Numbered from the stretch's first letter, positions 49,262 to 58,610 are shown. The stretch is DNA of 64,000 bases from an uncultured Gemmatimonadaceae bacterium (GCA_963740355.1 CAVUDW010000003.1:2400001-2464000); one strand, 5' to 3'. Translations and numbers: made by a program. The notes: generated by a model not told the origin, from the sequence alone.

Positions 49262-51547
49262 TTAGAACGCCGTCGTCAGTCGAAGCGTGAATGCGCGGCC
49301 GGGCAGGTTGTAGCCGCGCTTCTCGTAATAGTTCTCGTCTGTCACGTTGCTTACCTGCCCGTCGACGCGCAGACGCGAGGTGAGGCGCAAGCCCGCGGTC
49401 AGATCGACGACGGCGAACGGCGGATACTCGATGCTCGAGATGTCGGAGAAGTCGCTGAAGTCATCGTCGATGCGCTTGCCGACATACCGGCCGAGGGCAC
49501 CGACCCGGAAACGGGAACGCGTGTCGTACTCGAGACCCACATTCCAGTTCACGGTGGCCACGTTCTTGATCCGCACCTCCGTCTCCGGCCCACCGATCGT
49601 CACGCCACGGAAGATCGACGACGGCGAGAAGTTCGTCTGGCCGTTGAACTGCGCCGCATTCACGGTCACCGTGGGTGTGCGCTCGGTGGCGGAGAAGATG
49701 CGCGTGGCATTCGCGAAGGCATTCAGCGACCAGGATTTGGCCAGGGCCGAGCCGATATCGTACCGCACCCCTGCCTCGAGGCCACGAATCTGTGCGTCAC
49801 CGGCGTTGATCGAAGTCTGCACGCGTGACACCTGGTTGCCATTGGCCAGTGTCGGGCGGCTTCCCGCGGCGAACGAGGCGCGCGCGGTGGTGATGCGATT
49901 GTCGACCGAGGTCGTGAAGTAGGTGACGTCAGCATCGAAGGCCCCACGCAAGCGCGAGATGCCAAGGCCGACATCCGCCGTCACCGACTGCTCGGCCTTC
50001 AGCGATGGATTGCCGAAAGTGATCGCGGCCACGCCCGCGTTCACCGACTGCGTCAGTCCGGCTCGACCGAAGGCGTCCGGCGCCAGGAAGGCCCGGCCGA
50101 TGCTGCCATGCGCGCGCACACCACCACCGATCGCGTACAACAGCCCAGCGCTGGGATTGAACACGTTGAACGCATCGCTGCCGGCGATCACGTCGCTGCG
50201 GAATGGTGTAGTCAACAGCTTCAGCGTGACTCGGTCCGCACGCGCACCCACGGTGCCCACCAGCCGTCCCTGCAGCGCGGTGAGGCGGGCTTCGCCAAAC
50301 GCCGCCACCGACGACACTTCGCTGTTCGGACTGTAGGTACCGCCTTCAGTGTTGGCCGCGGTGTACAAGCGCGACTTGGCCTGCTGCTGCGTCAGGTCCA
50401 CGCCAAACACCACCTGCTGGTCGCGCACGCGCAGCACGTCCTGCAGCTGCGCACCCGTCGTGCGAGCCTGTGTGCTGTAGTTGATGTACCGCACACTGTC
50501 GGGCCGGTCGTAGTAGCCGCCAGTCTCATTGGTCGTGAACAGGCGCGCCAGCAATCCATGCGCTCCGGCCTTGCGCGCGAAATCCACCGAGCCACCGCTG
50601 CGGCGGACATCCTTCCGTCCGTCGCCCGGAAAGGGCGTATTGGCTGAGAACAGATCGCCAGGCGATGCCACATCCTGTGCGTCGAACAGGTCGCCACGCA
50701 CATCGATGCGCACGCCACCCGCCACGGTGCCACCAATGCGCAGGTTCCCACTGGTCGATGCCAGCGTCGTGAAATTGCGCTCGATGCCGTCGCCCAGCGT
50801 GTCGGGCACATAGCGATTCGCGGCACCGCCTGCAGGGTAGATCTTGAGCGCGCTGTCGCGACCGAACACGCCGCGCAGGGAATTCCCACCGCCGATGCGG
50901 AAGTCGTTGCGTTGGTCGTAGCGACGCAGGCTCACATCCACGTCGACACCACCTGCGATCAACCCACCGCCCTGCACACGAAATTCGCTCGCGCCAAAAC
51001 TTCCACCGGACACCGAGGCCAGCCCCGATCGTGCGCCGGTGCGGCGGCGCGTCACCACGTTCACGACGCCACCCATCGCCGTCGATCCGTAAAGCGCCGA
51101 CGCTGGTCCCTTCAATACCTCGATCCGCTCCACATCCTGCATGTCGAGCATCGCCACATTCGTGATACCGCTCGGCCGACCGTCGAGCAGGATCATCGAA
51201 CGCTGCTGCAACGAGCCGACCTGCGGCCGGAAGCCGCGAATGCCGATGCCGCCGAGCAGCCCGTTGTACTGCACCACATCGAGGTTGGCGCGCTTCTTCA
51301 GCACGTCGATCATGTCGAGCGCTGGTGTCGCATCGAGTTGCACGCGCGAGATCACTTCCACGCGCCGCGGCAGTGAATCGGCTGGCGCGTCATATCGTGA
51401 CGCGGTCGTGATGATTTTTGGCAGGCGCTGCACGCGCGAGGAATCCCGCTGCGGCTGCTGCGCGTGAAGCACTGACCCACTGGCGGATGCGCCAAGGGCG
51501 GAGGCACCGATCGCCACGATGGCGATGGTGCGGAGGTATGTGGACAT
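49262..51547 (-). CDS. TonB-dependent receptor, probably cobalamin uptake (BtuB-like)
   Basis: ERIEVLKGPASALYG..GGVVNV plug box, C-terminal TTAF, downstream of a cobalamin riboswitch. Confidence 0.85.
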   Translation of the reverse strand: MSTYLRTIAIVAIGASALGASASGSVLHAQQPQRDSSRVQRLPKIITTASRYDAPADSLPRRVEVISRVQLDATPALDMIDVLKKRANLDVVQYNGLLGGIGIRGFRPQVGSLQQRSMILLDGRPSGITNVAMLDMQDVERIEVLKGPASALYGSTAMGGVVNVVTRRRTGARSGLASVSGGSFGASEFRVQGGGLIAGGVDVDVSLRRYDQRNDFRIGGGNSLRGVFGRDSALKIYPAGGAANRYVPDTLGDGIERNFTTLASTSGNLRIGGTVAGGVRIDVRGDLFDAQDVASPGDLFSANTPFPGDGRKDVRRSGGSVDFARKAGAHGLLARLFTTNETGGYYDRPDSVRYINYSTQARTTGAQLQDVLRVRDQQVVFGVDLTQQQAKSRLYTAANTEGGTYSPNSEVSSVAAFGEARLTALQGRLVGTVGARADRVTLKLLTTPFRSDVIAGSDAFNVFNPSAGLLYAIGGGVRAHGSIGRAFLAPDAFGRAGLTQSVNAGVAAITFGNPSLKAEQSVTADVGLGISRLRGAFDADVTYFTTSVDNRITTARASFAAGSRPTLANGNQVSRVQTSINAGDAQIRGLEAGVRYDIGSALAKSWSLNAFANATRIFSATERTPTVTVNAAQFNGQTNFSPSSIFRGVTIGGPETEVRIKNVATVNWNVGLEYDTRSRFRVGALGRYVGKRIDDDFSDFSDISSIEYPPFAVVDLTAGLRLTSRLRVDGQVSNVTDENYYEKRGYNLPGRAFTLRLTTAF

Positions 51548-51654
51548 CAGTCTCTCGACGCGCGGCCGCCCTCGCAGCCTCGCGTTACCGGAATGCCCAC
51601 AGACAGCGCCACACCTGCGACGACCGGACCCGTTTCGCCACGCGGTCAACGCGA

Positions 51655-51698
51655 CGAAACAAAAAACCCGCCCGTCCACAGAATGGACTGAACGGGGG
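51655..51698 (-). terminator. Intrinsic terminator in the riboswitch leader
   Basis: Minus strand CCCGTTCAGTCCA-ttctg-TGGACGGGCGGG-TTTTTTGTTT. Confidence 0.7.
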
Positions 51699-51789
51699 TA
51701 GCCGAACACGACCGCACACACCAAGGGTGTGGCTGACGCGTGCGATCACCCCGCTCCCCTCCCTCGAGGGGCCTGCTGCGGGCGTGATC

Positions 51790-51950
51790 AGGGCCGGTCT
51801 CCTGGCTCGGAACCATCGAGCACCTTCCCGCAGCGCTACTCGCTGCAGTGGCATGACACTCGATGCTGCTGACGCTCGTCAGCCGTTCCTTACAGTGGCG
51901 GGGCCGCGCCGGTGTTTCACCGGACTTCCGGATGGCCAGATCACGACAGA
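51790..51950 (-). promoter_or_regulatory. Cobalamin (B12) riboswitch
   Basis: Minus strand GGAAGTCCGGTGAAACACCGGCGCGGCCCCGCCACTGTAA...GCCACTG..GGGAAGG...GAGCCAGGAGACCGGCC matches the B12-element consensus. Confidence 0.93.
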
Positions 51951-52139
51951 ATTGTGAGTTCAGAGTACCGCACCCTTGGGCGTGTGGCAAGGAAGCATCG
52001 CCTGACACACCACGCGCAGTCATCCGACACGCCCCGCGACACAACACGCCTCCACGACGAGACGTAGACGGCGGTGCGCCTCTGCGTACACTTCCGCCAT
52101 CTCCGTTCTGCTCACGTGGATCGCTCACCAGGGTGTCAC

Positions 52140-54578
52140 ATGCGCTGCCTTTCCCTCGCTCGTCGCGTCGCTCTCGTCTCACTGCTCGTCCCGGTCGTCG
52201 CCCGTGCGCAGGATGGGTATCGCCAACCGCCTGAACCGATCCGCAGCATCCTTGACGCCACGCCGACACCACGCGTCGCCGTCAGTCCGGACAACACGTT
52301 GCTCCTGTTGCTCGATCGCCCGTCGCTGCCCGGCATTGCGGAGGTCGCCGCACCGTACATCCCGATGGCCGGTCAGCGCTTGAATCCCAATACGAACTTC
52401 CCGTCGCGTGCCGTCACCAGCACCGGTCTCTCGATCCTGACGATCGCCACCGGCCAGACACGGGTCGTCACACTGCCCGCCGGCGTGAAGCTGGGCAACG
52501 TGCGCTGGTCGCCCGATGGCAAGCGCGCAGCATTCCCGATGATCACCGATGCCGGCGCGGGACTCGGTGTGCTGGATGTGGCGAGCGGTGTCGTGACGCG
52601 CGTGGGCTCGGTGCGCGTCAATGGCGCCTTCGGTGATCCGTGTCTCTGGATGCCCAGCAGCGACGCGCTGCTCTGCAAGACCATTCCCGCTTCGCGCGCG
52701 GCTGCGCCGACGGCCCCCGCCGTTCCCAGTGGTCCCGTCTCGCAGGAGTCGTTCGGTCGCAAGTCGCCCGAGCGCACCTATCAGGACCTGCTCAGCGATG
52801 GTTACGACGAAGCACGATTCACGTACTACGGCACCAGCCAGCTCGCGATCGTCGCACTCGACGGCACCGCTCGCACGATCGGCGCACCGGCCGTCTACTC
52901 GAGCGCAGCACCGTCGCCCGATGGACGATTCGTGCTCTCGTCAGCGATGCACACGCCATACAGCTACGTCGTGCCGATGAGTCGCTTCCCGCTGGTGACG
53001 GATGTCTGGAGTGCTGACGGCAACAAGCTGCGCACGATCTACGATCGCGATCTGGCCGCCGAGCAGTCCACCGCCTTCGATGCCGTGGACGATGGTCCGC
53101 GCAACATTGCGTGGCGTGCCGATGCTCCCGCGACGCTGGCCTGGGTCGAGGCGCTCGATGGTGGCGATCCAGCACGCGCGGCGACGAATCGTGATCGCGT
53201 CGTCTCGCTCGACGCACCGTTCACTGCTCAGCCGGTGCAGCATGTCGCCGTCGCCACCCGCGTGCGTGGCGTCACGTGGATGAAGAACGACGTGGCGATG
53301 GTCACCGAATACTGGTGGAAGTCGCGCCAGACGAAGACCTGGCTGATCAATCCGTCGTCGCCGTCCGCCGCACCACGCTTGCTCTTCGATCGCTCGGCCG
53401 AGGACGCCTACAGCGATCCCGGTTCGCCGGTGATGACCATGACGCCGCAGGGCACGATGGTCGCCAGGCTGTCAGCCGATCGCACCGCCTTCTTCCTCAC
53501 CGGTGACGGCGAAAGCCCCACCGGAGCGCAGCCCTTCGTCGATCGTGTGGACATCGCCACCGCCAAGGCCACACGTCTCTGGCGCTCGGCAGGTGAACAG
53601 TACGAGGAGCCGATCGCGTTGCTCGATGATCGTGGATCCCGCCTGCTCACACGTCGTCAGACGACCACCGAACCGCCCAACTACTGGGTGCGCGATCTGG
53701 TGCGTCGCATCGCACCGCGTCAGCTGACGAAGTTTGCCGATCCGGCGCCGCAGTTCGCGGGCATCACGTCGAAGCTGATCACCTACTCGCGTCCCGACGG
53801 TGTGCAGCTCTCCGCCACCCTGTATCTGCCGGCCGGCTACAATGCCGAACGTGATGGCCGGTTGCCGTTCTTCTTCTGGGCCTATCCGCAGGAGTTCAAG
53901 AGTGCGAAGGCCGCTGCACAGGTGCGCGGGTCGCAGTACCTGTTCGTTCGCCCCACAGGCGCCAGCCACCTTTTCATGCTGACGCAGGGCTACGGCGTGC
54001 TCGATGGTCCCACGATGCCGATCGTCGGTGAAGGCAACAAGGAGCCGAACGACACCTACGTCGAGCAGTTGGTCGCGAGCGCCAAGGCTGCCGTGGACAA
54101 GGTGGTGGACCTGGGCGTGGCTGACCGTGACCGTATCGGTGTCGGTGGCCACAGCTACGGCGCCTTCATGACGGCAAACCTGCTCGCGCACAGCAACATC
54201 TTCCGCGCCGGGATCGCCCGCAGCGGCGCCTACAACCGCACGCTGACGCCCTTCGGCTTCCAGCAGGAAGAGCGTCCGTACTGGGAGGCGAGCGGCATCT
54301 ACAATCGCATGAGCCCCTTCACGTATGCGGACAGCATCAAGGCCCCGATCCTGCTGATCCACGGCATGAACGACGACAACAGCGGCACCTTCCCGATCCA
54401 GTCCGAGCGCATGTACGCCGCCCTCAAGGGCAACGGCGCCATCGTCCGCTACGTCCAGCTCCCCGGCGAGGCCCACGGCTACCTCGGTCGCGAAAGTGTC
54501 GGTCACACCCTCGCCGAGATGACGTCCTGGCTCGACCAGTTCGTCAAGCCTGCCAAGCCGAGAACCAAGGCGGACTGA
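52140..54578 (+). CDS. S9 family peptidase (glutamyl-endopeptidase-like), secreted
   Basis: GGHSYGAFMTANLLAH, RSGAYNRTLTPFGFQ, HG..DDN, EAHGY. Confidence 0.9.
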   Translation: MRCLSLARRVALVSLLVPVVARAQDGYRQPPEPIRSILDATPTPRVAVSPDNTLLLLLDRPSLPGIAEVAAPYIPMAGQRLNPNTNFPSRAVTSTGLSILTIATGQTRVVTLPAGVKLGNVRWSPDGKRAAFPMITDAGAGLGVLDVASGVVTRVGSVRVNGAFGDPCLWMPSSDALLCKTIPASRAAAPTAPAVPSGPVSQESFGRKSPERTYQDLLSDGYDEARFTYYGTSQLAIVALDGTARTIGAPAVYSSAAPSPDGRFVLSSAMHTPYSYVVPMSRFPLVTDVWSADGNKLRTIYDRDLAAEQSTAFDAVDDGPRNIAWRADAPATLAWVEALDGGDPARAATNRDRVVSLDAPFTAQPVQHVAVATRVRGVTWMKNDVAMVTEYWWKSRQTKTWLINPSSPSAAPRLLFDRSAEDAYSDPGSPVMTMTPQGTMVARLSADRTAFFLTGDGESPTGAQPFVDRVDIATAKATRLWRSAGEQYEEPIALLDDRGSRLLTRRQTTTEPPNYWVRDLVRRIAPRQLTKFADPAPQFAGITSKLITYSRPDGVQLSATLYLPAGYNAERDGRLPFFFWAYPQEFKSAKAAAQVRGSQYLFVRPTGASHLFMLTQGYGVLDGPTMPIVGEGNKEPNDTYVEQLVASAKAAVDKVVDLGVADRDRIGVGGHSYGAFMTANLLAHSNIFRAGIARSGAYNRTLTPFGFQQEERPYWEASGIYNRMSPFTYADSIKAPILLIHGMNDDNSGTFPIQSERMYAALKGNGAIVRYVQLPGEAHGYLGRESVGHTLAEMTSWLDQFVKPAKPRTKAD

Positions 54579-54605
54579 CCGCGCTCTCGAATCGCGGAGC
54601 TGCCG

Positions 54606-55124
54606 AACTGCCTTAACGCAAAACAGAAAACAGCGAAACGGCGAGAGCCGCAGGGAACGACAACCGCCGCGAAACGGCCACCGCAAAACGCAGAGACGCA
54701 GAGGGACGCGGGGAGCACCGAGGGGATCTGCGCGGGACGTTACCTTCGGTGAGCATCGACCGATCGTGAAGGCTTTGGGAACAGCAACTGCGAGAGCAGT
54801 TCCCAAAGTTCACCTTCGGTGAAATGCGCACCGACCGTCGCTCCCCGCGCAGATCCCCTCTGCGTCTCTGCGTTTTGCTGTGGCCGTCGCGGTGGCCGTT
54901 GCCGTTCTGCGGCAGTTCACTTCTGCGGCTGTGCAGTTCTGCGTTATGCTCGTGCCGTTCGCTCGTGCCGTTCGCTCGTGCCGTTCGCTCGTGCCGTTCG
55001 CTCGTGCCGTTCGCTCGTGCCGTTCGCTCGTGCTGTTCCTCCAAGCCGTTGCCGTTTTGCGGCCGTTGTAGTCCCCCGCGGCCTTTTGCAGTTCCGCAGT
55101 TTTCTGTTTTGCGATTGAGCAGTT
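54606..55124. repeat. Nested imperfect palindrome (~520 nt)
   Basis: Outer ~73-nt arms 54606-54678 / 55051-55124. Inner arms with ACGCAGAGACGCAGAGG and GGGGATCTGCGCGGG / CCCGCGCAGATCCCCTCTGCGTCTCTGCGT. Central CTTTGGGAAC..GTTCCCAAAG. Confidence 0.85.
54948..55038. repeat. 13-mer tandem repeat (VNTR) x7
   Basis: GCTCGTGCCGTTC, six perfect copies plus one with a single mismatch. Confidence 0.95.
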
Positions 55125-55194
55125 TGTTGTCAGTAAGTGTGCAGTGTGCGCTTCACAGCACTGACCAGAAAAAGCACGTCAACGGAAGGAACAG

Positions 55195-57270
55195 ATGCGC
55201 CGACTCCTCCTCGCCATCGCTTGCCTCGCGCCACTCGTTGCTGGTGCGCAACCGTCCATCCGTGAGATCGATGGGGCGCCGTTTGCCGCCACGGTCGTCT
55301 CGGCGCCCGCCGCCAATGCCGTGGCGTTCGTGCTCAATGCGCGGGGCGTCCGGAATATCTGGGTCACCGATTCCACACGCGCTGACGCGCGGATGGTGAC
55401 GGCCTTCACGCAGGACGACGGACAGGACATCACCTCGCTCGCATTCAGCAGCGATGGACGCACCCTCTACTTCGTGCGCGGCGGTGGGCCGAACCGCGCT
55501 GGCGAGATCCCCAACCCGAACAGCGATCCCGCTGGCGCGGAGCAGGCCATCTGGCGCGTGAAGCTCGATGGGACCGCGGCGGTGCGTGTCACTGAAGGTT
55601 CGTCGCCAACGCCAGCGCCGCGCGGCGACAACTTCGTCTTCACACGACGTGGTGCGATCTGGATCGCGACCGTCGGCAGCGATTCCACGCGGGTGGCACA
55701 GCTGTTCAAGATGCGCGGGAGTGGCGGCTCGCTGCGCTGGTCGCCCAGCGGCGAACAACTCGCGTTCGTCTCCAATCGCGGCACACACAGCTTCGTCGGC
55801 ATCTACACACTGGCGAAGAAATCTCTCAACTGGATCGCACCCAGCACCGACAGCGACAACTCCCCCGTCTGGTCACCCGACGGATCGCGGATCGCGTTCC
55901 TGCGCATGCCGTACGAAGGCCAGGAACTTGGTTTCCGCGCCACCCGCTCGGCGCCGCCGTGGAGCATCATGGTGGCCGATGTCGCCACCGGCAGCACGCG
56001 CGAGATCTTCAAGGCCAGCACTGGTCGCGGCAGCGCCTATTGGGCCATCGTGGCGGACAATCAGCTGCTCTGGTGCACGGGCGACCGCATAGTCTTTGCC
56101 TGGGAGAAGACCGGCTGGGTCCATCTCTGGAGCATCGCATCCAGTGGCGGAACACCTGTCGAACTGACGCCAGGCAATGGCGAGGTCGAGTTCGTGTCAC
56201 GCAGTCAGGATGGCGCACGCCTCGTCTACAACACCAACATCGGTGACATCGATCGTCGTCATGTCATGACGGTGGCCGCCGACGGCAAGTCCGCGCCTGT
56301 CGCCACCGTGAGCGGCGCGCACATCGCCTGGAATCCCGTCGAGTCGAGCAAGGGTTCGATCGTCGCCCTCGTCAGCGATGCACGTTTGCCGGCGCACGCC
56401 GCCGTGATGGATGTCGTTGATGGCACGAACGGTTGGCGCGCGCTGGCGCCGGAAACCATGCCCGCCGATTTCCCTGCCGCTGCACTCGTCACGCCAACGC
56501 CGATCAGTTTCACGGCGCTGGATGGTGTCACGTCGTATGGGCAGCTCTTCCTGCCCCCCAACGCGAAGCCCGGCGAGAAGCATCCCGCCGTGATCTTCAT
56601 GCATGGTGGTTCACGCCGCCAGATGTTGCTCGGCTGGAACTACGGCAGCTATTACCACCACGCCTATGCCATGAATCAGGCGCTGGCGCTGCGCGGCTAC
56701 GTCGTCGTTTCGCTCAACTATCGCAGCGGCATCGGCTACGGCATGGAGTTCCGCGAGGCGCTGCGACAGGGTGCCACCGGCGGAAGCGAGTACGGTGATG
56801 TCGTGGCCGCCGCGAAGTGGCTCGGTGCGCGAACTGATGTCGATCGCACACGTGTCGGTCTCTGGGGCGGATCGTACGGCGGCTACCTCACCGCGATGGG
56901 CCTGACGCGGAATCCGGAGCTCTTCAAGGCCGGTGTCGACGTGCATGGCGTGCACGACTGGAATGTCGGCATTCGCACCTTCGTCCCCGACTACGACGTC
57001 TACGCCGATCCCGCCGCCACCAGGCTCGCGTTCACGTCCTCGCCGTTGTCGCAGGTGAAGAACTGGCGCGCCCCGGTGCTCCTCATTCACGGCGACGATG
57101 ATCGCAATGTGCGTTTCATCGAGACGCTGACCCTGATCCAGCACCTGCGTCAGCAGGGCGTGCCGGTGGAGCAGCTCGTCTTCCCCGACGAGATCCACGG
57201 CTTCCTGCGCCACGATTCCTGGATGCGCGCCTACGAGGCGGCGCTCGACTTCTTCAAGCGGAAGATGTAG
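55195..57270 (+). CDS. S9 family prolyl oligopeptidase/dipeptidyl peptidase with PD40-like propeller, secreted
   Basis: WSP repeats, HGG, GLWGGSYGG, HGDDDRNV, DEIHGF. Confidence 0.9.
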   Translation: MRRLLLAIACLAPLVAGAQPSIREIDGAPFAATVVSAPAANAVAFVLNARGVRNIWVTDSTRADARMVTAFTQDDGQDITSLAFSSDGRTLYFVRGGGPNRAGEIPNPNSDPAGAEQAIWRVKLDGTAAVRVTEGSSPTPAPRGDNFVFTRRGAIWIATVGSDSTRVAQLFKMRGSGGSLRWSPSGEQLAFVSNRGTHSFVGIYTLAKKSLNWIAPSTDSDNSPVWSPDGSRIAFLRMPYEGQELGFRATRSAPPWSIMVADVATGSTREIFKASTGRGSAYWAIVADNQLLWCTGDRIVFAWEKTGWVHLWSIASSGGTPVELTPGNGEVEFVSRSQDGARLVYNTNIGDIDRRHVMTVAADGKSAPVATVSGAHIAWNPVESSKGSIVALVSDARLPAHAAVMDVVDGTNGWRALAPETMPADFPAAALVTPTPISFTALDGVTSYGQLFLPPNAKPGEKHPAVIFMHGGSRRQMLLGWNYGSYYHHAYAMNQALALRGYVVVSLNYRSGIGYGMEFREALRQGATGGSEYGDVVAAAKWLGARTDVDRTRVGLWGGSYGGYLTAMGLTRNPELFKAGVDVHGVHDWNVGIRTFVPDYDVYADPAATRLAFTSSPLSQVKNWRAPVLLIHGDDDRNVRFIETLTLIQHLRQQGVPVEQLVFPDEIHGFLRHDSWMRAYEAALDFFKRKM

Positions 57271-57542
57271 CCGATCAAGGGGTCAGAGATCTTGCTCGCG
57301 CAATACGTGGCATAACTCTCGCGGGAACAATGACTTACGCTCCGATCAAGGGGTCAGAGATCTTGCTCGCGCAATACGTGGCGTAACTCGCTCGGGAGCA
57401 TTGACTTACGCTCCGATCAAGGGGTCAGAGATCTTGGTCTTGTTTTATAGATCAAGGGGTCAGAGATCTTGATCGCGCAATACGTGGCGTAACTCTCGCA
57501 GGAACAATGACTTACGCTCCGATCAAGGGGTCAGAGATCTTG
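57271..57542 (+). repeat. Repeat array: five copies of the core (CC)GATCAAGGGGTCAGAGATCTTG, mostly 71-nt period
   Basis: Cores at 57271, 57342, 57413, 57450 and 57519. Three near-identical 47-nt linkers and one short linker. Confidence 0.93.
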
Positions 57543-57678
57543 GTGTTGTTTTCGCGCAGGGTCCTCCGAGTGCGCGCCGCATGTTGTGTCGGATTGCGCC
57601 GCGCCGTGGTTGCGGCGTGTGTGCAAACCGCGTTGCCTCACGAGGTGATAGGACATTCTGCACCGAGGCTGTTCGAAG

Positions 57679-58170
57679 ATGCGAACTGATGCTCGGACGT
57701 GTGATGGTTGCAGCGCCGCCGGCGCGCAGCTGTCGCGTCGTGATTTCGTGTCGCACGCCACACTCGCTGCGGTAGCCGTGGCACTGAATGGCTGTGGAGG
57801 TGGTGGCACCGGCGGCGGACCATCGGCGCCTGTGTTCGTGCCAAAGGCGCCAAGCCTGTCGACTCCGCTCATCATCACGCTCGCGAACTTCCCTGCGCTC
57901 GCGACTGTGGGCGGGGCCGCGAAAGTCAGCAGCCAGCCGCCGATCGCGCTCGCTCGAACCGCCTCGGGGCTCGTCGGCTTCTCGCTCGAGTGCACCCACG
58001 CCGGCACGATGGTCGACCTGCTCTCGAATTTCACACTGCGCTGCCCAAATCACGGTGCCGAGTTCGCGTTCGACGGCGCCTGGGTTGGCGGGGCCCAGCA
58101 GACCTCGAGCCTGTTCCGGGTGACCGTGACGCCGGATGCCAGCGGCGCGACGGTCGCGATCACGAACTGA
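57679..58170 (+). CDS. Rieske [2Fe-2S] protein with Tat/lipoprotein signal
   Basis: SRRDFV twin-arginine, LNGC lipobox, CTHAG and CPNHG cluster ligands. Confidence 0.88.
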   Translation: MRTDARTCDGCSAAGAQLSRRDFVSHATLAAVAVALNGCGGGGTGGGPSAPVFVPKAPSLSTPLIITLANFPALATVGGAAKVSSQPPIALARTASGLVGFSLECTHAGTMVDLLSNFTLRCPNHGAEFAFDGAWVGGAQQTSSLFRVTVTPDASGATVAITN

Positions 58171-58192
58171 AGGCGACCGTCTGCCGCGCGAC

Positions 58193-58353
58193 CAAGATCT
58201 CTGACCCCTTGATCGGTGGCTAAACCGTTGCCACTGAAGCACTTCAGCCTCGAAACAGCCGACCAAGATCTCCGACCCCTTGATCGGCGGCTAAACCGTT
58301 GCCACTGAAGCACTTCAGCCCCGAAACACCCGATCAAGATCTCTGACCCCTTG
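58193..58353 (-). repeat. Inverted array: three copies of the same core, 71-nt period
   Basis: CAAGATCTCTGACCCCTTG(ATCGG) at 58193, 58264 (one mismatch) and 58335. Two near-identical 47-nt linkers. Confidence 0.93.
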
Positions 58354-58437
58354 GTGCCCTTGGTGCGCTGACCCGATTGTCCTGAATCGCAACGCGTTGA
58401 CCACCCGCTCCACCGATCGTCCTCCCTACACTGCCCC

Positions 58438-58466
58438 TTGACAGCCCAGCACGCCGCAGCCAAAAT
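58438..58466 (+). promoter_or_regulatory. Sigma70-type promoter for the leader peptide and chorismate mutase
   Basis: TTGACA (58438-58443)-N17-CAAAAT (58461-58466), 7 nt before ATG 58474. Confidence 0.65.
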
Positions 58467-58473
58467 GCCTGAC

Positions 58474-58557
58474 ATGAGTCACTCGGTCCGCGCCCTCTTT
58501 ACCAGCTTTTATTACTTTGGCCGCTTCGCGGACCAAGGTGGTAAAGCGCGCGCGTAA
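58474..58557 (+). CDS. Phe/Tyr-rich attenuator leader peptide (27 aa, MSHSVRALFTSFYYFGRFADQGGKARA)
   Basis: F-T-S-F-Y-Y-F-G-R-F run. Followed by an intrinsic terminator and then chorismate mutase. Too short for the ORF track. Confidence 0.82.
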   Translation: MSHSVRALFTSFYYFGRFADQGGKARA

Positions 58558-58578
58558 CACCGCACCGACTTTCCTCCG

Positions 58579-58610
58579 AGGCCCGCAGCGATGCGGGCCT
58601 TTCGCTTTTT
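58579..58610 (+). terminator. Attenuator terminator
   Basis: AGGCCCGCA-gcga-TGCGGGCCT-TTCGCTTTTT. Confidence 0.85.

Noticed and set aside
54613..55399. ORFs with ERHERTARANGTS / RAVRSCRSLVPFA repeats
   Set aside because: Translations of the 13-mer VNTR and palindrome; the period is not a multiple of three.
57295..57520. Integron attC sites
   Set aside because: No paired RYYYAAC/GTTRRRY ends with L boxes, no cassette series and no integrase.
57271..58353. CRISPR array (24-nt repeat plus 47-nt spacer look)
   Set aside because: Spacers within each array are near-identical copies, the arrays are inverted around a gene, and no cas genes or leader are visible.
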